Position numbers and translations under genes: made by a program. This document shows, one piece after another, positions 1 through 12,020 of a stretch of DNA of 64,000 nucleotides. Below the pieces are notes generated by a model. That model had not been told where the DNA came from, ran no database searches, and worked only from the letters and a program-made list of their open reading frames with translations. Where the stretch lies: positions 259,656,001 to 259,720,000 of the forward strand of contig OZ024743.1 in NCBI GenBank assembly GCA_964016885.1. The letters run 5' to 3'. The DNA is from Eledone cirrhosa. Taxonomy: Eukaryota. Numbering within the stretch: the stretch's first letter is position 1; the number at the start of each line of letters is the position of its first letter.

Positions 1-349
1 ACAGAGGTTATTAAAATCATAAAAGTAATAATAATTAAATATATACATACACACATCTATATACGTACATATATGTGCATACGCCAAAACAGCCGCCATG
101 CTTGCATACACATGCACGTACACATAAACACGCGCGACACAAGTACCAGCACGACACAAGTACCCGCACACAAGTACCCGCACGGCAAAAGTACCCGCAC
201 ACAAGTACCCAAATACACATAAAAATATATATATATGTGTGTTTATATAATTATATAAACGTATATAAATCTGCGCACACAAATATGTATATAACTCACG
301 CGCACACATACCTACAGGTAAATATAGATGCCTAGGGATGTTTGTACAA

Positions 350-447
350 GGCGAAAAGCTGTTATGTATACATATATATGAATATATATATACACATGTA
401 CATGCACACATATATACGCACTCACACACACACACGCACACACGCAC

Positions 448-491
<44 letters not shown>

Positions 492-520
492 ACACCCACA
501 CACACACACACACACACACA

Positions 521-565
<45 letters not shown>
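350..565. repeat. Representative (CA)n/(TA)n microsatellites; dozens more throughout (e.g. 10320-10485, 13940-14050, 16930-17042, 34505-34620, 41130-41320)
   Basis: Direct reading. These tracts generate the many spurious YI/HT/CV ORFs in the track. Confidence 0.99.
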
Positions 566-566
<1 letters not shown>

Positions 567-637
567 CTTTGGCCGGGATTGTGCTTTAGACATGAACTTT
601 CTTGGTTCAAATCTAGATGTTCCTGACCGAAGGGAGT

Positions 638-677
<40 letters not shown>

Positions 678-679
<2 letters not shown>

Positions 680-877
680 CGAAGGAGTTGTCGCAAGGAA
701 CCAGATGGACCATAACGTACCAGAGTACTCAATACTTAGTGTAGTAGAGTGGGTAATAGGAGAAAGCATGACCCCGACGGCAGGACTCAAGCCGTTTCGA
801 CGGCTATTTCTGGACATTTTTAGTTCAGAAATAGCCGTTGAAACGGCTTGAGCTCAGCCGTGGATGTCATACTTTCT

Positions 878-880
<3 letters not shown>
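678..880 (-). mobile_element. Short PLE 3'-end fragment with terminal inversion (family also at 15432 and 50857)
   Basis: AACGAAGG...GGAACCAGATGGACCATAACG... is shared with 15432 and 50857. Hairpin TCAAGCCGTTTCGACGGCTATTTCTG/CAGAAATAGCCGTTGAAACGGCTTGA. Flanked by (TA)n. Confidence 0.8.
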
Positions 881-950
<70 letters not shown>

Positions 951-956
<6 letters not shown>

Positions 957-2227
957 TTAATGGTAGCTATGATGTTTCCATAGGTGGCATGCCGGTTGAG
1001 CACTCTGTGTTCTTATAGAGCAGAGTGTGATATAATATAAAACGAAAAATCACTGATGCCTCCGGACTCAGTTTATTGTGTGTTACAATTGTTTCGCCGG
1101 CAGATAGCTTGAGAGAAGATCATTGTATGGATCTGTCTGATTCTAGATCTGCAGGTTCTTCGGACATATGTAATACTCTCGGAACAAATTTTCTCACTGG
1201 GGTGTTAGCTTCAAAAAACATCTTCCTCTCTTGTCTACATCCTATATCCTACGTCATCTTAAATTCTGGTCATTATTTGCTGCCAAACTGTCCATCAGCT
1301 GCACCCCGTCCGACACACTTCAATGGACTCATGCTGGGTTTGGTATTTCACAAGTCCGCTCACACACACATATATACCCACACATACACACACACATATA
1401 TACACATACACATACACACACACGCGCACACGTACATATATACGCATACACATATGTACACAGCCATATGTACGAATATACACCCGCATACACATACATA
1501 CACACACTCTCTCACACACAATCCCACGCACGCCCACGACCATATACATACCGACATACACGTCCACAGGCGCCTGCCTATATAGCCTCGTACATGCGCT
1601 CTCACACGCACGCACACGCGCACACACACACACACGTACACGCATACAAGGACACATACCTGCGTACGCGTACATTTGCTCATATACACAAACAGACATA
1701 TACATAGACGTACAGACATATACATAGACACACACACGCACATATACACGCCCGTCCTTATAGAGAGGCACAAAGACAGACACGCTCCCAAGGACACATA
1801 CACACATATACATACACACATATATATATCTACGTATATGTATATGCATACGCATAAAACAGAGTCACAAACAATCCCTACCCTATGTAGGTGCAAATAC
1901 ACATACATACACAGACCCCCCCACACACACGCGCGCGCACTGGCTCATATACATTTCAACAAATACGCGCTCAATTACCTCCGTATCCACGTACATCCAC
2001 AAAGACACATACACGCACACATGTGTATACCTCTGTCCGTACCCCAATGTGATATACTCATAGTCATATACATCTGCACAAAAGGTCATACATGGTCATC
2101 CATGGAAGGATGCATCCTGTTATACATGCACAAATATAAACCATGTAACCATATACATACATCCATACACTCACATGCATGCATACATACACACATATAA
2201 ATAAATAAATAAGTAGAAAATAAATAA

Positions 2228-2280
<53 letters not shown>

Positions 2281-2655
2281 TATATATACACATATACACA
2301 TACACACATACATATACATGTATAAACACACATATATATATACACATACGTATACACAACTGTACACACCCACACATACACACCCACAAATAAACGTACA
2401 TACACACACATACTTACCTACACATCTATAAAAAAAAACATCCAATATACTAGGATACGTATCTAATGCCGTACCTAAAAAGATGTATCTTGTGTTACAC
2501 ATGCACGGATATAAACTTTATAATCATATACATGCGTCCATACACATTCACGTAACATATACATATGTATATACATATTCACGTAACATATACATACACA
2601 TTCACGTAACATATACATATGTATATATACATATATATACACACATACCCCCCCC

Positions 2656-2737
<82 letters not shown>

Positions 2738-2813
2738 TACACATATATATATACACGCACGCACACATACACATATATAAATATATATATATCTTTGCAT
2801 GCATGCACATACC

Positions 2814-2890
<77 letters not shown>

Positions 2891-4208
2891 TCATACACAC
2901 ATACGCTTACACATATACACACATATAAAAACAATAAAATAAATATACAATACATCCATACGCATTCACGTAACATATATATATATATATATATATACAT
3001 ACATATTAATACATACACACACATACATATACACATATATATACATACACACATACATATATATATATATACATGCACATATATATATGTACATACATAT
3101 ACACACACAGACATATATATATATCTACATATACACACACACACATGTATATATACATACACACACGTCTATGCATATGCACACATATAAAAACAATAAA
3201 ATAAATTTACGATATATTAAAATACATTAAAATATGCATATAACGTCACACAGAGATATATAAAAACGAGGGGAAGGTACATGTACTCGTGTGATATACC
3301 ACACCTAGGGAGTATGAGATGCACACTTAGGTCTGTGTACGGAACAAACAATAAGTGTTCCAAAGTGGAACACGTGGAGAGTATGTATTTACGATTGAAG
3401 AGGTACACATTCATGGGGGCGCGTAGCCCTGTCACATTGGGGTATGTCACTGTGGATGAGGTGTGTTGTGCTATAGGTGCAGGGTACTTAACTGAACGAC
3501 CGTGGAATCCGGGTCAGCCTGTCCCGGCGCAGGCGATGTTCCTGCCTAAGGTGACATGCATAGTCAAGTGTGCATCTTGCGTTATTTTGGTTTACCTCAC
3601 GGGGCATATAATGTCATCAGGGTATGATGTTTGGTTCCTAAACCCGTTTCGTCGCTCAGGTCGCTGCGTGCTCCGGCGCATGCCCTTATCCTGGGCTTCC
3701 CGGATAATTCCATGCGGCGAATGTGCACCATCTCTGGTGTCTGCAGGTCATGATAATTTCAGATTTCAGGTAGACCGCGTCATCCTTCAGTTTGACTATC
3801 TCCATGGTCTCGTATAGGCAGAAACTGCACTTTCTACTTGCAGCTGAGTATGCATTTGCGTGCCGAACGATACTCCAGTCAGTCGAGGTGCCTTGGTCTT
3901 TCAGGTCCCACACCAGGTCCGCTAACCTAGTGGAGTGCCTCTTGCTTCGGTCCTTGAAGGAGTTCGTGTGGTTATACATCCGCGATTTAAAGGTCATGGA
4001 TATTGCGCCGATGTAGGTACTCTTTATATTTTAGGTTCTAACCACACATTTGTATACCAAGTCCTTCGTCAGTCATTTTACCTGTAGGGGGAACTGGCTG
4101 CTCGCTCTGCAGTAACATGTTCTGTTGTTATTTCGTTCGCTTCCGACGCCTGGCCCTCGACCTGCTAGGGCCCTCTCACGATTCTCATGGTGCTGTACCG
4201 CCGGCACG
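951..4208 (-). repeat. Inverted pseudo-LTR arm of the PLE (copy of ~6672-9690 plus tail)
   Basis: Minus-strand ORFs 3686-3997 and 4073-4288 repeat the GIY-YIG C-terminus (MTFKSRMYNHTNSFKD...). Unique spacers between microsatellites match the right arm in inverted order. Confidence 0.92.
1079..1168 (-). ncRNA. Type I hammerhead-like ribozyme, CCGAAGA core variant, long stem II (left pLTR arm)
   Basis: Minus strand reads TGT-CCGAAGA-ACCTGCAGAT..(insert)..ATCTGCCGGC-GAAAC-AATT-GTA-ACA, followed by AATAAA. Confidence 0.65.
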
Positions 4209-4231
4209 GTGATCCCCCCCCCCCCCCGGCG

Positions 4232-7198
4232 CATAGAGTGTTCAACTGGCATACCGCCTATGGAAGCATCATAGCTAACATTAAACACACATATATACTA
4301 CGCACCTCCACAAGTAGAGTGCTTACAGCGATTCGCCACGGAAAAATTCAATGTTCATCCCTAAAGGACATCCCTATCCAATCTGACAGCACGTACATGG
4401 GCTTACTGATACACCACACCAACTCGTTCGTTAGACGCATGAGATGGCGCGCATTTCACCACGACAAAAGGACACAACAACACGCACCCGATACCCCCCA
4501 GGACCGCCTAAAGCGGATATTTAGATCTAGACGACACTTGCCACATAACGCACAGCTGGAAGAATTTGAGAATTGTATCATCAACATCGTCCGTAACATC
4601 AAGTTCCGTAGGAATAGTACACGACGTACGAAATACCTCAGGACTCTCAGCTCCACAATCAAATGCATGGAAGAATGCCAGGATTTACTTGTGCCCTCGG
4701 ACAAAACTGGTAATGTATACATGCTTGACCGTTTTACATAAAACGACTGCATCGGGAAAGAGATTAGGAAAAATTACAGGACCACAGGACAGACAAACTT
4801 AGATAATATTAACGCCACGACCAAAACAATAATGACAGGGCTAGGATTAGATGATAGGACCGAATTATATGTACCTAGAACACCTCGGATATCTATAAGG
4901 ACCATAAATTAGACTTTAGAACTAACCTACCGGTTAGGTTAATAGCACCATCAAAATCTGACATAGGTAGGACCAGCAAGACTATCATAGACAGGATACT
5001 ACCGGTACTTAGAAACAAAACTCTACTTAGATTATGGACCTCCACTAAGGAGGTAACTGACTGGTTCTCGTTAGTAGGTAACAAGCAGCAGGTAAATGTT
5101 ATTCAATTAGACATAGATAATTACTACGCGCCAGTATCTCCTATATTAGTGAACAAGGCCCTCATGAGCGCCATGGCCAGGTCCAACCTCACTAGGGAGG
5201 AGACTAATCTCATAGTAGCAGCCAGAAATACGCTAATTACATTCGAAGACAAGTTATGGGAGAGGGGGGACAGACCCGACAGTTTCGATATCACCATGGG
5301 GTCGAGCGACTCGGCGCAGGTGACCGATCTGGTGGGGATCTATCTCCTCCATAGGTTAGCGGAGGAGATCCCGGGGATCGCCGGAGGAATATATAGAGAC
5401 GACGCACTTTTCACCTTCCATTCCCTAAACCCCAGCCAGATGGAGCGTATGAAGAAGCGCATATCGCATTGTTTTAAGCAACACGGCTTGTCCGTGACGA
5501 TAGATCCTAGCACTAAGACAGTGAATTTCCTGGACGTTACCCTGGTAATGAATACGGGCATCCACCGATCTTATCACAAGCCCAATGAGAACCTGCAATA
5601 TGTGAACAGGCAATCGAACCACCCCCAGGTCAGTCATAGAAGCTATAGTTAAAGGTGTATCCAAATGCGCATCCATCCAATCGGCCAACGCAGACGTGTT
5701 TAAACAGCACGCCGAATATTATAATGAGGCACTGCGCAGGGCCGGTTACACAGACACCATAGTGTATACCCCAGACAGGGAAGAGCCATGCGCCGAGGCC
5801 TGCGGGTACGACAATAGCGAGGACACGTCCATAGGTAGAAGAAATGACCCGGTAGCAGTCTCTAAGAACTCGAGTAGCAACACAGCTCACATTAATGACA
5901 CAGGTCCGACAGTAAGAAGGACAAAGGCACCTTTGGGAGCTAGACCACCTAGTACAAGTAGGCATGGGCCTATCACGCACACTGCATGCTTCACGGTAAC
6001 TGGGACTAGGGACAGGGCAACGACAAATACGGCCGTGGCACTCGCTAGAGATAACACCCGGCCTGGTAGTAGTAGCATAGCAAAGACAGCAGCACCATTT
6101 AGATTTAAAGTGACTAGCAGTAGAACTGACAATATAGAACGAAATACCTTGGTAAGTGAAAGGCATAACCTTGACGCCCACAGCAGGAACACAGATAGAG
6201 ACAACACAGGAGACGTAATTATGGACGGGCAAAACCCGAGACGGGCATCAGGCCCAAGGCACACTGACACAACTACACACACACGAAGGAACAAGACTAG
6301 ATCCGGGGCCGTTACATGGTTTAATGCACCATACTCCAAGCAAGTACGCTGCAACGTGGCAGGGCTTTTTTTCCAAGCGTTAGACGAGTGCTTCCCGCCG
6401 TCGAACAAATACCACAAAATCTTCAACCGCCGCACGGTGAAGTTTTCCTTCTCCAGGGCACCTAGCATGGCCGACTACATGGCTACAACCAACGCGGTAA
6501 TGATGGAGAACAGCGACCGTCAACCGCGGCGGCAGAGTGACCGTCTATCGGAGCGAGAAGGAGCCTTCGGGAACCGGCCTTTAAATAACAACTCGGCCCC
6601 CGAGGCGGCCGACACGCCCGCGGAAGGTGATACAATCCAACGCCAGGAGGGAACGAGTGCCGTGGGGTACATCACCGTGCCGGCGGTACAGCACCATGAG
6701 AATCGTGAGAGGGCCCTAGCAGATCGAGGGCCAGGCGTCGGAAGCGAACGAAATAACAACAGAACATGTAACTGCAGAGCGGACACCCAGTGCCCCCATA
6801 AGGGAAAATGCATGACGAAGGACTTGGTATACAAATGTGTGGTTAGAACCCCAAATATAAAGCGCACCTACATCGGCGCAACATCCACGACCTTTAAATC
6901 GCGGATGTATAACGATACGGACTCCTTCAAGGACCAAAGCAAGAGGCACTCCACTAGGTTAGCGGACCTGGTGTGGGACCTGAAAGACCAAGGCACCTCG
7001 ACTGACTGGAGTATCGTTCGGCACGCGAATGCATACTCATCTGCAAGTAGAAAGTGCAGTTTATGCCTATACGAGGCCATGGAGATAGTCAGACTGCAGG
7101 ATGACGCGGTCAACCTGAAATCTGAAATTATCATGACCTGCAGACACCAGAGAAGATGCACATACGCCGCATGGAATCATCCGGGAAGCCCAGGCTAG
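4232..7198 (+). pseudogene. PLE polyprotein (RT + C-terminal GIY-YIG endonuclease), stop- and frameshift-disrupted
   Basis: ORF pieces 4187-4741, 5149-5652 and 5696-7198 carry SLKDIP..RRMRWRA, DKTGN, KDHK..VRLI.PSKS, QLDIDNYY, MGSSDSAQVTDLVG, IYRDD, NFLDVT, WFNAPYS..IFNRRTVKFSFS and CNC..CP..C..VYKC..YIGAT..FKSR..CSLCLYE..CRH. Confidence 0.92.
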
Positions 7199-7763
7199 GG
7201 GCATGCACCGGAGCACGCACCGGAGCACGCACCGACTAGAACGACGAAACGGGTTTAGGGACCAGACACCATACCCGGATGACATTATATACCCCATAGG
7301 GTAAAACAAAATAACCCAAGATGCACACTTGACTATGCATGTCACCTTAGCCAGGAACATCGCCTGCGCCGAGACAGGCTGACCCGGATTCCACGGTCGT
7401 TCAGTCAAGTACCCTGCACCTATAGCACAACACACCTCATCCACAGTGACATACCCCAATGTGACAGGGCTACGCGCCCCCATGAATGTGTACCTCTTCA
7501 ATCGTAAATACATACTCTCCACGTGTTCCACTTTGGAACACATTGTTTGTTCCGTACACAGACCTAAGTGTGCATCTCATACTCCCTAGGTGTGGTATAT
7601 CACACGAGTACATGTACCTTCTCCTCTTTTTTTATATATCTCTATGTGACGTTATATGCATAGACTTGTGCGTATGTATATCTACGTGTGTGTGTATGTA
7701 GATATATATATGTCTGTGTGTGTATGTATGTACATATATATGTGTATGTATATATATATATAC

Positions 7764-7811
<48 letters not shown>

Positions 7812-7939
7812 GTGCATATGTATGTGTGTGTATATATATATGTATATGTTACGTGAATGCGTATGGATGTATAGTATATTTATTTTATTGTTTTTATATA
7901 TGTGTATATGTGTAAACGTATGTGTGTATGTATATATAC

Positions 7940-7974
<35 letters not shown>

Positions 7975-9214
7975 TATATGTATGGGTGTGTGCATGCATG
8001 TAGATATATATATATATATATGTGTGTATGTGTGCGTGTGTGTATATATATATGTGTATGTATATGTGTATATATATATATATATATGCATATATATGTG
8101 TGTGTGTGTGTGTAGGTATGTGTGTATATATATTTATATATACATATGTATATGTTACGTGAATATGTATATACACATGTATATGTTACGTGAATGTGTA
8201 TGGACGCATGTATATGATTATAAAGTTTATATCCGTGCATGTGTAACACAACATACATCTTTTTAGGTACGACATTAGATACGTATCCTAGTATATTGGA
8301 GGTTTTTTTTTATAGATGTGTAGGTAGGTATGTGTGTGTATGTACGTTTATTTGTGGGTGTGTATGTGTGGGTGTGTAGAGATGTGTATACGTATGTGTA
8401 TATATATATGTGTGTTTGTATATGTATATGTATGTATGTGTATATGTGTATATGTGTATATATATGTGTGTGTGTATATATATATATATACATATACATT
8501 TATTTATTTTCTACCTATTTATTTATTTATATGTGTGTATGTATGCATGCATGTGAGTCTATGGATGTATGTATATGGTTACATGGTTTATATTTGTGCA
8601 TGTATAACAGGATGCATCCTTCCATGGATGACCATGTATGACCTTTTGTGCAGATGTATATGACTGTGAGTATATCACATTGGGGTACGGACAGAGGTAT
8701 ACACATGTGTGCGTGTATGTGTCTTTGTGGATGTACGTGGACACGGAGGTAATTGAGCGCGTATTTGTTGAAATGTATATGAGCCAGTGCGCGCGCGTTT
8801 GTGTGTGGGGGGGGGGGCTGTGTATGTGTGTGTATGTGCACCTACATAGGGTATGGATTGTTTGTGACTATGTTTTGTGCGTATGAGAGCGCATGTATGA
8901 CGCTATATAGGCAGGCACCTGTGGACGTGTATGTTGGTATGTATATGGTCGTGGGCGTGCGTGGGAGTGTGTGTGAGAGAGAGTGTGTATGTATATGTAT
9001 GCGGGTGTATATTCGTACATATGTCTGTGTACATATGTGTATGCGTATATATGTACGTGTGCGCGTGCGTGTGTATGTGTATGTGTATATATGTGTGTGT
9101 GTATGTGTGGGTATATATGTGTGTGAGCGGACTTGTGAAATACCAAACACAGCATGAGTCCATTGAAGTGTGTCGGACGGGGAGCAGCTGATGGCCAGTT
9201 TGGCAGCAAATAAT

Positions 9215-9450
9215 TGTTTCTACTTTAGACACAAGGCCAGCAATTACCCAGAGTGCATTACTGCAAATAATTGTTTCTACTATTGGCACAAGGCCAGAAA
9301 TTACCCAGTACATTACTGGTACTTTATTTCATCGACCCCGTAAGGATGAAAGGCAAAGTTAACCTCGGCGGGATTTGAACTCAGAATGGCAAGGGCCGTA
9401 ACTCTATGCGTCAAAGCATGGCGTCCGACCCTCTACCGATACTGCCAACT
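9215..9450 (-). mobile_element. tRNA-derived SINE (Meta/Sauria-like core) inserted in the right pLTR arm
   Basis: Minus strand has A-box TGGCAGTATCGG, B-box GAGTTCAAATCC and core GCCTTTCATCCTTACGGGGTCGAT. TSD GCAAATAAT at 9206-9214 and 9451-9459. Absent from the left arm. Confidence 0.9.
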
Positions 9451-9563
9451 GCAAATAATGACCAGAATTTATGATGATGTAGGACATAGGACGTAGACAA
9501 GAGAGGAAAATGTTTTTTGAAGCTAACACCCCCGGTGAGAAAATTTGTTCCGAGAGTATTGCA

Positions 9564-9655
9564 TGTGTCCGAAGAACCTGCAGATCTAGAATCAGACAGA
9601 TCCATACAATGATCTTCTCTCAAGCTATCTCCCGGCGAAACAATTGTACCACACA
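9564..9655 (+). ncRNA. Type I hammerhead-like ribozyme, CCGAAGA core variant (right pLTR arm)
   Basis: TGTGT-CCGAAGA-ACCTGCAGAT...ATCTCCCGGC-GAAAC-AATT-GTA-CCACACA then ATAAA. Two pairing mutations relative to the left arm. Confidence 0.6.
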
Positions 9656-9727
9656 ATAAACTGAGTCCAGATACATGACTGATTTTTCATTTTATATTAT
9701 ATATATATATTTATATATTTATATATC

Positions 9728-10270
9728 CATCACACAAAATTCTGTATAGACTATAAACTATTTCCATGTCAGTACCGCTTGAAAGAGTGTAACTGATGTA
9801 GGGTTAACAAATCTTGAAACAGCGCTATCTGGAATTCTCTATTACTCTGCGAAATATTCACAGAGGAAAATACAGAAAAGACTTTCCGTTACGAATAAAT
9901 ATTTTTCTTGATAGCGACGCTACACATGTGATTATTGTGTACGACCATGTGGTATAGGTGTACATATGTTTTTATATACACCCCTGTTAGACTTAAATGC
10001 TGTCTTAATGCTACTGCCAGGTGATTCTGAACAGCCAAGTTCGCGCTATATCCAAACGAGCATCTCCAACAAACTTTCATCACTCAAAATTCTATATAGA
10101 CTAGTTTATTTCAATCTCAATATCCGTTGAGTTATTGTCACTGATAAAATATTTACAAATCTTGAAACAGCAGTCTGTTATTTTCGACCGTACTATAAAC
10201 GGAAATAAAGAAACTATATTTTTCCGTTACGAAAAATGTTTCTTTGATAGCGAGTCTATCCATATGATTA
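9728..10270 (+). repeat. Old ~350 bp partial tandem with degenerate hammerheads (retrozyme-like)
   Basis: CATCAC(A/T)CAAAATTCT(G/A)TATAGACTA at ~9728 and ~10078. Each unit has CTGAT(GT/AA)...AAATCTT-GAAACAG (9793-9830, 10141-10180). Confidence 0.55.
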
Positions 10271-10356
10271 TCGTATATGGGCATGTGTTTCCATATACAC
10301 TACACCCCTATTATATGTGTGTGTTTGTGTATGTATGAGTGAGTGTGTGTGTGTGT

Positions 10357-10487
<131 letters not shown>

Positions 10488-10744
10488 ACTACAGTTTTGA
10501 ATAGGAACACTTCGTTGTGAAGAAATGAAGTGTAAACATTTTCAACTATTCCTTTGTACACAGAGAGATATGAAATTACCTCTATTCATTTCGAACTTTT
10601 TGTATTTTCATCAGGAGAATACTACGCCTATCATTCTGTATATAAAGGAATATTACTAAAGCTACAACACATATCTGAAGTTATGACGACTATGCCCTTC
10701 CTCTCAAAATGTCGAGCGTTTTGTGCCTGTGAAATAAATCATTA

Positions 10745-10928
10745 ATAATTGTTTCTACTTTTGGCTAGCAATTACCCCAGTCCATTACTGGTGCTTTATT
10801 TTATTGACCCATAAGGATAAAAAGGCAAAGTTAACCTCGGTGAGATTTAAACTCAGATCTTAAATGGTCGTAACTCTATGCGGGAAATCATGGCGTCTGA
10901 CCCTCTACTGATACTGCCAATCCACCAC
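10745..10928 (-). mobile_element. tRNA-derived SINE (same family as 9215)
   Basis: Full-length diverged match to the head, core and tail of the 46938 copy. Confidence 0.85.
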
Positions 10929-11318
10929 TTTGATTAGATGTTAAAGCCCGTTTAAAATCTAATCAAAATTTAAAACAATGTATGCAACGTATAATATATC
11001 ATATAATAAATATAAGTACATTTACAACAGTGTTTGTCTATTGAGGTATTGGTACGGTTAGTACAGGGATGATTTAATAAGAACCAAATTAGTTCTAATG
11101 ATTAGGAATTACCAAACCTTGTTGCTGAATTGTTTTAGTAAATTCTTATAATAAAGAAGGCAAAGAACTGAGTGTGCAACGCTTCGTTTCTAACACCTGG
11201 TTCATTACAATAAATACTTGTGACCGAGAAGGTCAGTTCATTAGACGAAACTGCATGCCTACGCATTTAGTCGATCCTTAATGCCATTATTTTCTGTATT
11301 CAGCTAATATAGGCGTTG

Positions 11319-11420
11319 GGCGGTGAATTGGCAGAGTCGTTAAGACATGAGATAGAATGCTTTATCTAATTTGATCTGGCGCTCTGCGCTCTGAGTTCAA
11401 ATACCGCCAAGTTCAACTCT
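11319..11420 (+). mobile_element. SINE 5' head fragment
   Basis: GGCGGTGAATTGGCAGAGTCG...CTGAGTTCAAATACCGCC (A and B boxes). Confidence 0.7.
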
Positions 11421-11564
11421 GACCAGTCCCGTACTGTATTCCATTTGTCTACTATATCTTTTGTTTCACTTCCCTCTAATTACACATGTTTCTTTCAGCT
11501 ATTATTCATAGTAATGGACTGTTATTCCCGAGAGTTCCCGCGATTGAGATTCTCACACACATTC

Positions 11565-11605
<41 letters not shown>

Positions 11606-12020
11606 CTTTTCCTGAGTCCAACCATTCTCGTTGCTGTGGTAATGCGGCGTAACTGCCGATCGGTATATTTGATTTGCTAAGCTGTCTAAACGTATTGTTA
11701 TTACTCTGGGGTACTATTCCCATTCGAGTGCTAAAGCTACATACCAAATTTGCATTCGTTAACTTGGCCGCAAACTAAAGATTCGTTAATGCTGTACTAA
11801 AATGTGTATATATATATATATATATATTCCTTCCTTGCTCACATTTCAACCAGGTTTGATGGTCTTTATTCTCTCTCGTTCACGATTTCACCGAATTTAA
11901 ATTCATAGAAATTTGGGACTTGACTCCTTCTTCCTCACTTTTCGTTGCTTCACCATTTTTGTTTGTTTACACTCGTGTCCCCTTTATTTACGTGTCCCAA
12001 CGACTTTTTTTAGCCGTTGC

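Larger units (their letters stand above)
951..9700 (+). mobile_element. Penelope-like retroelement (PLE) with large inverted 5' pseudo-LTR
   Basis: Disrupted RT + GIY-YIG coding region at ~4232-7198 (+). Segment ~1040-4208 is the reverse complement of ~6672-9690 (3' ORF end plus microsatellite-rich 3' UTR). 951-1010 is the reverse complement of the element start 4232-4290 (tail). Both ends abut (TA)n. Confidence 0.9.

Noticed and set aside
35-3190. Numerous long ORFs rich in YI, HT, CV or ER dipeptides (also throughout the window)
   Set aside because: They are translations of (TA)n, (CA)n and (GA)n microsatellites that lack stop codons, not genes.
4232-7198. Possible selenocysteine read-through as in Naiad-type PLEs
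   Set aside because: Interruptions are TAA stops and frameshifts rather than in-frame TGA, the endonuclease is C-terminal, and no convincing SECIS was seen.
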